Positions 9,630 to 20,822 of a stretch of DNA of 64,000 nt are shown here, piece by piece. The notes under the pieces are model-generated. The model was not told the origin of the DNA. It did not search any database and saw only the letters and a list, made by a program, of their open reading frames with translations. This stretch comes from Anaerolineae bacterium (lineage in GTDB: Bacteria > Chloroflexota > Anaerolineae > UBA1429), in the NCBI GenBank assembly GCA_963675785.1, contig OY776562.1, forward strand, positions 96,001-160,000, in the 5' to 3' direction. A program made the position numbers and the translations under genes. Position 1 is the first letter of the stretch. Each line of letters starts with the position of its first letter.

Positions 9630-10694
9630 ATGACTCGTCAAGAACGAGCGGCAAAAAAGCTAGCCTCTGGAGCTGACGCCGCAACTGGAACTACACAAAA
9701 ACCTGACAGCTTGTGGGCAGATGCCTTTCGACGTTTGGCAAAGAACCGTGCTGCTATAGTCGGCTTGGTTATCATCGTGCTCATGGTGTTGGTTGCTATC
9801 TTTGCGCCTCTTGTTGCACCTTATAGCTATACCAACGGCGACTCTGCTGAAGCTCGCATGGTGCCTCTGTGGCTAGCGCACCTTATGCCGGGCAACATGG
9901 AAGATTATGCTCAGATCGGCGACAAGTTTCCTATCGGATCGGATTATCTGGGGCGTGATTTGCTTTCCCGCGTTATCTACGGGGCTCGTGTTTCGCTGCC
10001 TGTTGGCTTTATGGGGGCCTTTATCGCTCTTGTGATTGGTCTCGTGTATGGCTCCATTTCGGGCTACTATGGTGGTAAGGTAGATAACTTTATGATGCGC
10101 ATTGTAGACATCATGTATGCCTTCCCCACCATGCTGCTCATCATTTTGCTCATGGCCTTTTTCAAAACAAGTTTTGGTGGAGAAGCCGACCCTGGCTCTG
10201 CTGCAGCCGTGTTCAATGCTATCAATAATGCTGTGGACTCTTTCCTTGGTTTGAACGGCGGTGGTATGCTCTTTATCTTTATGGGCATTGGTATCACTGC
10301 ATGGATGGGCACAGCACGACTTGCCCGTGGCCAGATTCTCTCGTTGAAGCAAAAAGAGTTTATCGAGGCTTCACGTATGATCGGTGCCCGGGATGGACGC
10401 ATTATCGTGCGCCATGTTTTGCCTAACATCATTGGGCCAATCCTTGTTAGTGTTACTCTTGCTATTCCTGGCTTTATCAACACTGAGGTCTTTCTATCCT
10501 TCATCGGTCTTGGTGTGGATGCTCCAACGCCGAGCTGGGGTTCCATGATCTCTGATGGCGCCAAGTCTTTGCGTTCGTATCCTCATGAGGTCCTTGCCCC
10601 GGCTCTTGCCTTGGCAGTTCTCATGTTTGCCTTTAACTTTTTGGGTGATGGCCTGCGCGATGCTCTTGATCCGCGTATGAAGGGCACTTCGTAA
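9630..10694 (+). CDS. oppC: Oligopeptide ABC transporter permease
   Basis: GSDYLGRDLLSRVIYGAR, EFIEASRMIGA, GDGLRDALDPR. Confidence 0.93.
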   Translation: MTRQERAAKKLASGADAATGTTQKPDSLWADAFRRLAKNRAAIVGLVIIVLMVLVAIFAPLVAPYSYTNGDSAEARMVPLWLAHLMPGNMEDYAQIGDKFPIGSDYLGRDLLSRVIYGARVSLPVGFMGAFIALVIGLVYGSISGYYGGKVDNFMMRIVDIMYAFPTMLLIILLMAFFKTSFGGEADPGSAAAVFNAINNAVDSFLGLNGGGMLFIFMGIGITAWMGTARLARGQILSLKQKEFIEASRMIGARDGRIIVRHVLPNIIGPILVSVTLAIPGFINTEVFLSFIGLGVDAPTPSWGSMISDGAKSLRSYPHEVLAPALALAVLMFAFNFLGDGLRDALDPRMKGTS

Positions 10695-10708
10695 AGGCTG
10701 GATAATTG

Positions 10709-12346
10709 ATGGTGTCATCGGGTAGCAGCAAACAGAGTATTTTAAAGCTTGTACTCACACTGGGGTTATTGGTAGGTTCTCTGTCCGGCTGCGGACTGGA
10801 CGGTTTGTTGTCGCTACCCGATGATGGCACTGAACAGAATACCGTAACTTCTGATGCTACGCTTCGTGTGTATGGGAGTCTTCCCCCTACGTTGGATCCG
10901 GCGATGGCTCAGGATGCTACTTCGGCTGAGTATATTGTTCATCTGTTCAGTGGCCTTGTTCGCTTGAACGCGGATATGGAAGTGGTGGCTGATCTTGCTT
11001 CTGAATGGTCGTTGAATGATGCGGGTGATGTCTATACTTTTACAATTCGAGATGATGCCTGTTTCGCCGATGGTCGTTCAATAACGGCAGAGGACATCTT
11101 GTACTCTTGGGAACGTGCTCTTTCACCAGAGCTTGCTTCGCCTGTAGCTCTCAGCTATCTGGGAGATATCCGCGGTGCTGTGGAATATGCTACTGGCGCC
11201 TCCGCGGAGGTAAGTGGGATCTATGTTACCGGAACCCACGAATTGCGTGTCGAACTCAACGAGCCGCGTTCTAGTTTTATCTCTTGTCTCACGTATCCTG
11301 TCGCTTTTGTGGTGGACAGTGAGCAAATCGAGAGTGAGGGCGCTCGGTGGTTTGTGGATCCCAATGGTAGTGGACCCTTTGTACTGGAAAGCATTTCTGC
11401 AGAAAAGCTAATTCTTGAACGTAACGGGAATTATTACGGTCCGGAAGTAAGCTTGGATCATGTCGAGTATCTGGTCGGTAGCGGTTATCCTGTCACGCAA
11501 TATGAGACTGGCGAGTTGGACATTGTACCGATACCGGCCGATGAGTTGGAACGGTTACTTGACCCGGCGAATGACCTCTCGGATCAAGTAGTTGGTTCAG
11601 CAAGCCTGGATATCCAGTATATTGGGCTCAATGTCGAGAAGGCTCCTTTCGACGATCCTCTGGTAAGGCAAGCCTTTACTGAGGCTATCGATCGTGAGCG
11701 AATTGCGGAACAGATTCTCAAGGGGATAGGGGTTGAGGCACTGGGAATTTTGCCTCCAGGCCTATCGGATTATAACGAGAATCTGCAGAGTATTCCTTAT
11801 GATCCTGAGCATGCCCGTGAGCTTCTTGAGATGTCGAGTTATGGAGGTGCCGAAGGGTTACCGCCCATTGTTCTTGCCGAAAGCGGCACGAGTGGATACC
11901 TTGACGATATTGCTGCTGCCGTGATCGAACTACTTGAAGAAAACCTTTCAATTGAGGTTACAGTGGAACAGGTCGAGTGGAGCGATTTTTTAGACGATCT
12001 CACCGAGATGCGCTATCAAATGTACTTTACAGGTTGGATCGCAGATTATCCAGATGCTGATAATTTTCTCGATTTGTTGTTCTATTCAAGCAGTAGCCGG
12101 AATCACACGGGATATGCAAATACCGAGGTGGATTCACTCCTTGATGCGGCTCGATCCGAACAAGATGCCAATGTTCGGCGTGGCCTATATCAAGCGGTAG
12201 AGCAGATTATTGTAGATGATGCAGCATGGATCCCTCTCTATCACAGTTATAACTATTACCTTGTTAGCCCTCGCGTAAAAGGTTATCAGGGACAAGCAGT
12301 AGTTTATCCGTGGTTGATGGATATTGAACTGGCGGATGCCAGTTAG
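10709..12346 (+). CDS. oppA: Second peptide ABC transporter substrate-binding lipoprotein
   Basis: Lipobox LSGC; PPTLDPA, GSGPF, GWIADYPD family 5 motifs. Confidence 0.88.
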   Translation: MVSSGSSKQSILKLVLTLGLLVGSLSGCGLDGLLSLPDDGTEQNTVTSDATLRVYGSLPPTLDPAMAQDATSAEYIVHLFSGLVRLNADMEVVADLASEWSLNDAGDVYTFTIRDDACFADGRSITAEDILYSWERALSPELASPVALSYLGDIRGAVEYATGASAEVSGIYVTGTHELRVELNEPRSSFISCLTYPVAFVVDSEQIESEGARWFVDPNGSGPFVLESISAEKLILERNGNYYGPEVSLDHVEYLVGSGYPVTQYETGELDIVPIPADELERLLDPANDLSDQVVGSASLDIQYIGLNVEKAPFDDPLVRQAFTEAIDRERIAEQILKGIGVEALGILPPGLSDYNENLQSIPYDPEHARELLEMSSYGGAEGLPPIVLAESGTSGYLDDIAAAVIELLEENLSIEVTVEQVEWSDFLDDLTEMRYQMYFTGWIADYPDADNFLDLLFYSSSSRNHTGYANTEVDSLLDAARSEQDANVRRGLYQAVEQIIVDDAAWIPLYHSYNYYLVSPRVKGYQGQAVVYPWLMDIELADAS

Positions 12347-12374
12347 ATTTTGATAATGACGCTGGGAGGCATGA

Positions 12375-13343
12375 ATGGCACCATTGCTTCAGGTAAAAGA
12401 CCTGCGAACAGAGTTTCACACTCAAGATGGAGTGGTGAACGCCGTGAACGGGGTCGGATTTGATCTCGGGGAAGGCGAGACACTCGGCGTAGTTGGCGAG
12501 AGCGGTTGTGGCAAGAGCGTCACCATGCTCTCTATCATGCGTCTGGTGCCCAGTCCTCCTGGCGAAATTGTGGGCGGTCAAGTTCTCTTTGAGGGGCAAG
12601 ATCTGCTCAAACTCAAAGATGAAGAGATGCGCAAGATTCGAGGGCATCGAATGGCCATGATTTTTCAGGACCCCATGACTTCACTCAATCCCGTGCTTAC
12701 TATTGGCCGACAGTTGGGTGAGGCTCTGGAATTGCATCTTGGTATGGATAAGGATCAGGCTCGTGAGCGCTCGATTGAGCTGCTAGAGATGGTCAATATT
12801 CCTGAGGCAAGAGGGCGTATTGACAGCTATCCCCACCAGTTTTCGGGTGGTATGCGTCAGCGCGTGATGATTGCCATGGCTCTTTCTTGTAATCCGCAGC
12901 TCTTGATTGCTGATGAGCCAACAACAGCCCTCGATGTGACCATTCAGGCCCAGATTGTCGATATCATCAAAGATCTGCGTAAAGAACTGGGTATGGCCAT
13001 TATCTGGATCACCCACGATCTTGGTATTGTCGCGGGGCTTGTGGATAGGGTTCAGGTTATGTATGCAGGCACTGTTGTAGAACGCGCTGCGGTCAAAGAG
13101 TTTTACGCTCATCCCAAGCATCCATATTCGCTGGGCCTTCTCAACTCTTTGCCTCGACTTGATGCGGACACACATCAACGGCTTGAGCCGATCAAGGGTC
13201 TTCCCCCTGACTTGCTGCATTTGCCAGTGGGATGCCCCTATTATGATCGTTGCGATTACCGTTTGCCCAAGTGCCTGGAAGAGCGCCCTCAGCTTCGTGA
13301 GGTGAGTACTGATCATGTAATCGCTTGCTGGGTGGACGTATAG
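12375..13343 (+). CDS. oppD: Oligopeptide ABC transporter ATP-binding protein
   Basis: [26 protein letters not shown]-terminal Cys cluster. Confidence 0.95.
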   Translation: MAPLLQVKDLRTEFHTQDGVVNAVNGVGFDLGEGETLGVVGESGCGKSVTMLSIMRLVPSPPGEIVGGQVLFEGQDLLKLKDEEMRKIRGHRMAMIFQDPMTSLNPVLTIGRQLGEALELHLGMDKDQARERSIELLEMVNIPEARGRIDSYPHQFSGGMRQRVMIAMALSCNPQLLIADEPTTALDVTIQAQIVDIIKDLRKELGMAIIWITHDLGIVAGLVDRVQVMYAGTVVERAAVKEFYAHPKHPYSLGLLNSLPRLDADTHQRLEPIKGLPPDLLHLPVGCPYYDRCDYRLPKCLEERPQLREVSTDHVIACWVDV

Positions 13344-13357
13344 AGGAGACCAGATAT

Positions 13358-14344
13358 ATGAGCGCGACTGACAACATTTTGCTTGAGGTTGAAGGCCTCA
13401 AGATGTACTTTCCAATTACCCAAGGCATTGTTTTCCAGCGGCATGTGGGCGACATCAAGGCTGTGGATGGACTTAATTTTTTTATCAAGCAAGGTGAGAC
13501 TCTGGGCCTTGTGGGCGAAAGCGGTTGTGGCAAATCAACCACGGGTCGTGCCATCCTTCAACTCTACCAACCAACTGCGGGCTCGGTTCGCTTGAAGGGT
13601 GAAGATCTGGTGACGCTCAAGGGCGAAGATCTTCGCAAAAAGCGTCGCGAGATGCAGATGATTTTTCAGGATCCCTATGCATCTTTGAATCCGCGTATGA
13701 CTGTTGGTGGCATTGTTGGTGAGCCTCTTGAAGTACACAACCTTATGCCCGCCAACGAACGGCGTGCACGCGTTCAGGAGCTGCTCGAGATCGTGGGGCT
13801 GAACCCCTACTTTGTCAATCGCTATCCCCACGAGTTTTCGGGCGGTCAGCGGCAGCGGATTGGTGTGGCTCGCGCTTTGGCGGTCCAACCCGAATTTATC
13901 GTTTGCGATGAGCCTATCTCAGCTTTGGATGTTTCTATCCAGGCGCAGATCATCAACCTGCTCGAAGACCTGCAGGATCAGTTTGGCCTGACGTATCTGT
14001 TCATCGCCCATGACTTGTCTGTGGTGCGTCATATTAGCGATCGTATCGCGGTGATGTACCTTGGTAGGTTGGTTGAGTTGGCGGATCGCGCAGATCTCTA
14101 TTTGAGCCCACTACATCCTTATACGCAGGCGCTACTCTCGGCTGTGCCTATCCCGGATCCGGTCATTGAGGAATCGCGACAGCGCATTATTCTTCAAGGT
14201 GATGTGCCCAGTCCGGCCAATCCCCCCAGTGGGTGTAATTTCCGAACACGCTGTCCGGTGGCGATGGAAATTTGTGCTGAAAAAGAACCCGAGTGGTCCG
14301 AAGTTAAACCTGGTCACTGGTGTGCTTGTCACCGCGTCAAATAA
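13358..14344 (+). CDS. oppF: Oligopeptide ABC transporter ATP-binding protein
   Basis: [32 protein letters not shown]; ATG 13358 follows GAGGAG. Confidence 0.95.
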   Translation: MSATDNILLEVEGLKMYFPITQGIVFQRHVGDIKAVDGLNFFIKQGETLGLVGESGCGKSTTGRAILQLYQPTAGSVRLKGEDLVTLKGEDLRKKRREMQMIFQDPYASLNPRMTVGGIVGEPLEVHNLMPANERRARVQELLEIVGLNPYFVNRYPHEFSGGQRQRIGVARALAVQPEFIVCDEPISALDVSIQAQIINLLEDLQDQFGLTYLFIAHDLSVVRHISDRIAVMYLGRLVELADRADLYLSPLHPYTQALLSAVPIPDPVIEESRQRIILQGDVPSPANPPSGCNFRTRCPVAMEICAEKEPEWSEVKPGHWCACHRVK

Positions 14345-14356
14345 TCGCATCAACAG

Positions 14357-14388
14357 AAAAGGGCATCTCACAGGAGATGCCCTTTTTT
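14357..14388. terminator. Bidirectional terminator between oppF and the convergent sigma operon
   Basis: AAAAGGGCATCTC-ACAG-GAGATGCCCTTTTTT. Confidence 0.8.
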
Positions 14389-14398
14389 ACTAGTGCCC

Positions 14399-14746
14399 TT
14401 ATTCCTTGGTTTTATCCTGTTCAAAAAGACGAATCAGCACAAAGACCAAGATAACCGATAACCCACCTAGCACCAAGCCACGTGCTAACTTGTGTTTGGC
14501 AACGGCTTTGTAGTCAAAAGTAATCTGTGAACGCTGATTTTCTGCTGCAACGCGCAAATTGGCCTCAAGTTTCTCTCGAAAGGCATCAGGAGCGGTACCA
14601 GCGATTTTGACCTGACCTTGTATTGCATCTTCGACAGGCCCCAAATCGCGTGGGCGTAGAATACCGGCCTTTTCAAGCCGTACGCGTGCTTTGTTGTGTA
14701 AGGATTCTAGTTTGGTGGAAGCAGGCCGATTCTTGAATTCTTGCAT
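14399..14746 (-). CDS. Hypothetical single-TM protein, putative anti-sigma factor
   Basis: Overlaps the ECF sigma stop by 1 nt; cytoplasmic N-region with PDAFREKLEANL, then a C-terminal TM helix. Confidence 0.55.
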   Translation of the reverse strand: MQEFKNRPASTKLESLHNKARVRLEKAGILRPRDLGPVEDAIQGQVKIAGTAPDAFREKLEANLRVAAENQRSQITFDYKAVAKHKLARGLVLGGLSVILVFVLIRLFEQDKTKE

Positions 14747-15312
14747 CAGAGATCAAGCCCTCTCTTTATCATGCTCTTGCGCAGAGCAAGGAGCGTGCGG
14801 TGGTAGAGCGATTTGATCGCCCCTTCGGATTTGCCCATAATCTCGCCTATCTCTGCGTTGCTGAATCCCTCGATAAACTTGAGAAAGATTAACTCTTGGC
14901 GTCGGGCATCTAGTTCTTGTATGGCTTCATTTAAATACTCGTTGTCATCATCAATTAACGTAATTGTCTCTGGCCGGGTTTCATGTCGATCGGGCAGAAT
15001 GAGGGCATCGATAGATACCGTTGGGCGGCGCTTGTGATCACGGTGCCAGTTCGAGAGAAGATTATGCGCAATGCGATATAGCCAAGCCGAAAAAGGATAG
15101 CCCTTATCTTCATAGCTTTGAATGTGTGAGAGGGCCCTAAAGAATGTACGGGATGTGATATCCTCGGCATCATGCACGTTGCCGACGCGGTGATAAATAT
15201 ACCGATAGATGCGATCCACATAGAGGGCGTAAAGCTCGCCAAAAGCATCGGGATCTTGTTGCGCTCTTGAGACAAGCTCTCGCTCGTCAGTTGTGTTTTC
15301 CTCGATGCCCAT
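14746..15312 (-). CDS. ECF-subfamily RNA polymerase sigma factor
   Basis: AFGELYALY, DAEDITSRTF, FSAWLYRIAHN (region 2); EIGEIMGKSEGAIKSLYHR (region 4). Confidence 0.93.
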   Translation of the reverse strand: MGIEENTTDERELVSRAQQDPDAFGELYALYVDRIYRYIYHRVGNVHDAEDITSRTFFRALSHIQSYEDKGYPFSAWLYRIAHNLLSNWHRDHKRRPTVSIDALILPDRHETRPETITLIDDDNEYLNEAIQELDARRQELIFLKFIEGFSNAEIGEIMGKSEGAIKSLYHRTLLALRKSMIKRGLDL

Positions 15313-15442
15313 GGCAGAATACCCTTCTCTCTCTGAAAACCCGCAAGGCTGCTAAAAGTTGCATCACTCTGCGAATCACGCATAGTCTATCAAAACCAAG
15401 AGGTTGCTCCAAGTTTTGGGGTACGGATTCTGGCTGGCAACG

Positions 15443-15472
15443 TTGACATATGCTATTAGCGTGTCTTATAAT
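15443..15472 (+). promoter_or_regulatory. Consensus sigma70 promoter for the SH3 gene
   Basis: TTGACA-18 bp-TATAAT. Confidence 0.7.
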
Positions 15473-15514
15473 GGCGCCAGTACTCTGGGGACATGAGGCA
15501 AAGGAGGCGCTTGG

Positions 15515-16045
15515 ATGTCGCCCAATCAAAAACAAGATCTTTGGCCAAAGTGGATGTGGATTGCTGCGCCTGTTCTGGTCGTTGTGGTTACAGTCGGGCT
15601 TTGGTGGGCCATCATCCCGCGTGACTCTGACGGCGCGGATGTAGATCCTACTGCCACAGCGCAGGCTTTGGCAGATCAGCCAACGCAAGCACCAACACTT
15701 GTCAGCACGCTTTCGGCATTGCCGACGACAACTGCAGATGTTCCTGTGCTGCCGACTGTTGGTTCCCCAAGTGCTGAGGCTGCTGCCACACCTTCTGCTG
15801 CGCCGACCGTAGATGCAGGTATCGTGATCGGTGATGATGTTGAGGTGTCTGGCACCAGTGGTGTTCTGAACATGCGCGATGGCGCTGGCACCAGCTATTC
15901 GGTGGTTGGTACCCTTTCGGAGGGGGCCATAGTCGAAGTAGTTGGCGGTCCGCAAACGGCTGACGGCTATACCTGGTTCCAGGTTCGTACAGATGATGGT
16001 ACGGTTGGCTGGGCTGCCGACGATTGGCTGGAAGAAGTCAAGTAG
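15515..16045 (+). CDS. Membrane-anchored SH3 (SH3b) domain protein
   Basis: N-terminal TM, Pro/Thr-rich linker, LNMRDGAGTSYSVV...WFQV...GWAADDWL; AAGGAGG SD. Confidence 0.85.
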   Translation: MSPNQKQDLWPKWMWIAAPVLVVVVTVGLWWAIIPRDSDGADVDPTATAQALADQPTQAPTLVSTLSALPTTTADVPVLPTVGSPSAEAAATPSAAPTVDAGIVIGDDVEVSGTSGVLNMRDGAGTSYSVVGTLSEGAIVEVVGGPQTADGYTWFQVRTDDGTVGWAADDWLEEVK

Positions 16046-16058
16046 GAGAACCGCTAGT

Positions 16059-16093
16059 AAAAGAGCGGAGATACACTATCTCCGCTCTTTTTT
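16059..16093 (+). terminator. Rho-independent terminator
   Basis: AAAAGAGCGGAGATA-CAC-TATCTCCGCTCTTTTTT. Confidence 0.8.
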
Positions 16094-16141
16094 GTTGTCC
16101 ATTGCGCAGAGGGGGCGCTCTGCTAGAATGTATATAAATAG

Positions 16142-18226
<2,085 letters not shown>

Positions 18227-18233
18227 GGCGGCA

Positions 18234-20822
18234 ATGGAACTAGAGCATTTATCGGATCGCAATAGTGCTGTTACGAGCATCCTGGCAGAGCTACTCGAGG
18301 ATTCGCAGTATGCAAAACAGGTTGCGGCCCATGCCGTGATTCCTGCACGTGTGGCGAGATATGGACCTTGGCCTGAAGGCTTGGATGAGTGCATTATTGC
18401 TATGCTCGCGCGAGAGGGGTTCAATGCTCTTTACAGCCACCAGGCTCAAGCTGTAGAGACGGCGCTGCGGGGCGAAAACGTGGCTGTGGTGACGCCTACG
18501 GCTTCGGGCAAGTCGCTATGTTATGATTTGCCGATCTATCAGGCATTGCTGCATGAGCCGGGGGCCGCTGCACTTTTCCTATTCCCTACCAAGGCACTAG
18601 CACATGATCAGTTGGATACGCTGAATCGTGAGATGGGTATGCTAGGCCTGAGCAATCAGGTTGACGCCTATGACGGTGATACGCCCACGTCCAGACGCAC
18701 AGCGATACGTGAGAATTGTCGGGTTATTGTTTCCAATCCCGATATGCTGCATGCCTCTATCCTGCCCTCGCACCCGCGCTGGCAGCGTTTTTTCTCCGGT
18801 CTTTGCTATGTGGTCATCGACGAGATGCACCAATATCGTGGTGTGTTTGGCAGCCATGTGGCCAATGTCATTCGTCGTCTCAAGCGGCTGGCGGCTTTTT
18901 ATGGCAGCAATCCACAGTTCTTGTTGGCCTCGGCTACTATTGCCAATCCGCAGGAACTAGCCGAGACGCTCGTGGGGCAGCGGGTTACCGTGATTTCGGA
19001 AAACGGCGCGCCCTCGGGCGAAAAGCACCTCATCTTCTACAACCCCCCGGTCATTGATGCAGCTCTGGGCATTCGCCGCTCGTATACGTTCGATGTGGCT
19101 TCTATTGCCCAGCGGGCACTGGTGGCAGGTGTGCAGAGCATTGTTTTTACCCGCTCGCGCCTGGTAACAGAGTTGTTGCTGCGTGTGCTGCGAGAGAATG
19201 CGCCGATTGGGACTCGGGCCGATGGGGTTATCGCCGGATACCGCGGTGGTTACCTTCCTGTAGAGCGCCGCGCCATAGAAAAGGGCTTGCGTGAGGGAGC
19301 GATTCGGGCTGTAGTGGGAACCAATGCCCTGGAATTGGGCGTTGATATTGGGGGACTAGATGTGGCCATTATGAGTGGCTATCCCGGCTCTATTGCTAGT
19401 ACCTGGCAACAAGCCGGACGTGCTGGTCGCGGACAGGCTCCCAGTGTGGCCGTACTCGTGGCTTCGCCAGATCCCTTGGATCAATACATCGTCAGACACC
19501 CCGAGTATGTGACGGGGAGTTCGCCAGAGCGTGCTCTGATCGATCCCAATAACGTTTATTTGTTATTGCAGCATCTGAAATGTGCCTTGTTTGAGCTTCC
19601 GCTTGAGCAGGATGATGCTCCCAACGGATCGGCGGTACGTCAGGTGCTTGATTATTTGGTAGAAGAAGGCTGGGCCTCTAGGCGCAATGGCCGCTGGCAT
19701 TGGGCAGGCACAGGGCATCCACCATCGGATATCTCACTGCGCACCAGCCAACCAGACATCGCTACTGTGGTGGCGCAGGACGAGACGGGCAAAAGCGTAA
19801 CCATTGGCCAGTGCGATTGGGCTAGCGTGCCCAGGCTTTTGCACGAGGGTGCGATTTATATGCACTCTGGGCAGCAATATTTGGTTGAGCATTTGGATTG
19901 GGAGCAGGGATTAGCCGAGACGCGTCTTGTCGAGATGGATTATTACACGCGAGCTTCCAGCAACACCAAGCTCTTGGTTCAAGAGGTTTGGACAGAGACG
20001 CCGTATACTGGCATGTTGCTGGGTTATGGACAAGTTAGCGTGACCTCGCAGGTGACAGGATATCGGCGCATCCGCTTGGATACCAACGAAACCTTGGGTT
20101 GGGGTGAGATAGATTTGCCGCCACAGACCATGATGACGACGGCTACCTGGTGTGAGTTGTCTGCTGAGCTGATCCAGCAACTCGTTTTGCAGGGCGTTGA
20201 TCAAGTGATCACTCTGGGCTCTCGCGGCCCAAATTGGCCCACCCAGCGAGAGGCTGCTCGCCAGCGCGATGGCTTTTGTTGCGTGCGTTGTGGCGCACCA
20301 GAGCAACCTGAGAGGCCGCATCACGTACATCATTTGGTACCGTTTCGCGAGTTTCATTGGGTTCCGGGGCATAACCAGAATTATGCACGGGCCAACGATC
20401 TGGATAATCTGATTACCCTCTGTCCTGATTGTCATCGTGAAGCCGAAAAAGTTGTGGTTGCCCGCAGTGCTTTGGCTGGGCTGGGGCGTGTATTAAATAA
20501 TTTGGTGCCACTGTTTGCCATGTGTGACCGGAACGATGTGGGCATTCTTACTGAGGGCGCTGTTTTGGGAGCGACTCGACCGCGTCTCTACATCTATGAC
20601 GAGATCCCGGCTGGTGTAGGCCTGGCCGAACGCGTAATGCAGGTCTTTGTGGAATTGATGGATGCGGCTGCCGAGTTGGTGGCGAACTGTGGTTGCGAAG
20701 CAGGCTGTCCATCTTGTGTTGGCCCGGTAGAAACATCTGGTGCAGAGACCAAGCGCCAGGTTGTATTGCTAGCGCAGGCCCTTGGTAGAGCCATGCGTGT
20801 GGAATTCGAGAAGGAAAATTAA
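18234..20822 (+). CDS. DEAD/DEAH-box helicase of MrfA/Hrq1/SftH type (DUF1998 Zn domain) with an inserted HNH nuclease domain
   Basis: TPTASGKS, DEMH, SAT, QQAGRAGR; C-terminal C...CGCEAGCPSC; insert CVRC..HVHH..DNLITLCPDCH. Confidence 0.9.
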   Translation: MELEHLSDRNSAVTSILAELLEDSQYAKQVAAHAVIPARVARYGPWPEGLDECIIAMLAREGFNALYSHQAQAVETALRGENVAVVTPTASGKSLCYDLPIYQALLHEPGAAALFLFPTKALAHDQLDTLNREMGMLGLSNQVDAYDGDTPTSRRTAIRENCRVIVSNPDMLHASILPSHPRWQRFFSGLCYVVIDEMHQYRGVFGSHVANVIRRLKRLAAFYGSNPQFLLASATIANPQELAETLVGQRVTVISENGAPSGEKHLIFYNPPVIDAALGIRRSYTFDVASIAQRALVAGVQSIVFTRSRLVTELLLRVLRENAPIGTRADGVIAGYRGGYLPVERRAIEKGLREGAIRAVVGTNALELGVDIGGLDVAIMSGYPGSIASTWQQAGRAGRGQAPSVAVLVASPDPLDQYIVRHPEYVTGSSPERALIDPNNVYLLLQHLKCALFELPLEQDDAPNGSAVRQVLDYLVEEGWASRRNGRWHWAGTGHPPSDISLRTSQPDIATVVAQDETGKSVTIGQCDWASVPRLLHEGAIYMHSGQQYLVEHLDWEQGLAETRLVEMDYYTRASSNTKLLVQEVWTETPYTGMLLGYGQVSVTSQVTGYRRIRLDTNETLGWGEIDLPPQTMMTTATWCELSAELIQQLVLQGVDQVITLGSRGPNWPTQREAARQRDGFCCVRCGAPEQPERPHHVHHLVPFREFHWVPGHNQNYARANDLDNLITLCPDCHREAEKVVVARSALAGLGRVLNNLVPLFAMCDRNDVGILTEGAVLGATRPRLYIYDEIPAGVGLAERVMQVFVELMDAAAELVANCGCEAGCPSCVGPVETSGAETKRQVVLLAQALGRAMRVEFEKEN

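Noticed and set aside
20224-20450. Intein or intron as the source of the HNH insert
   Set aside because: No Hint-domain blocks or His-Asn/Cys-Ser-Thr splice junction; the frame is continuous and the insert is too short.
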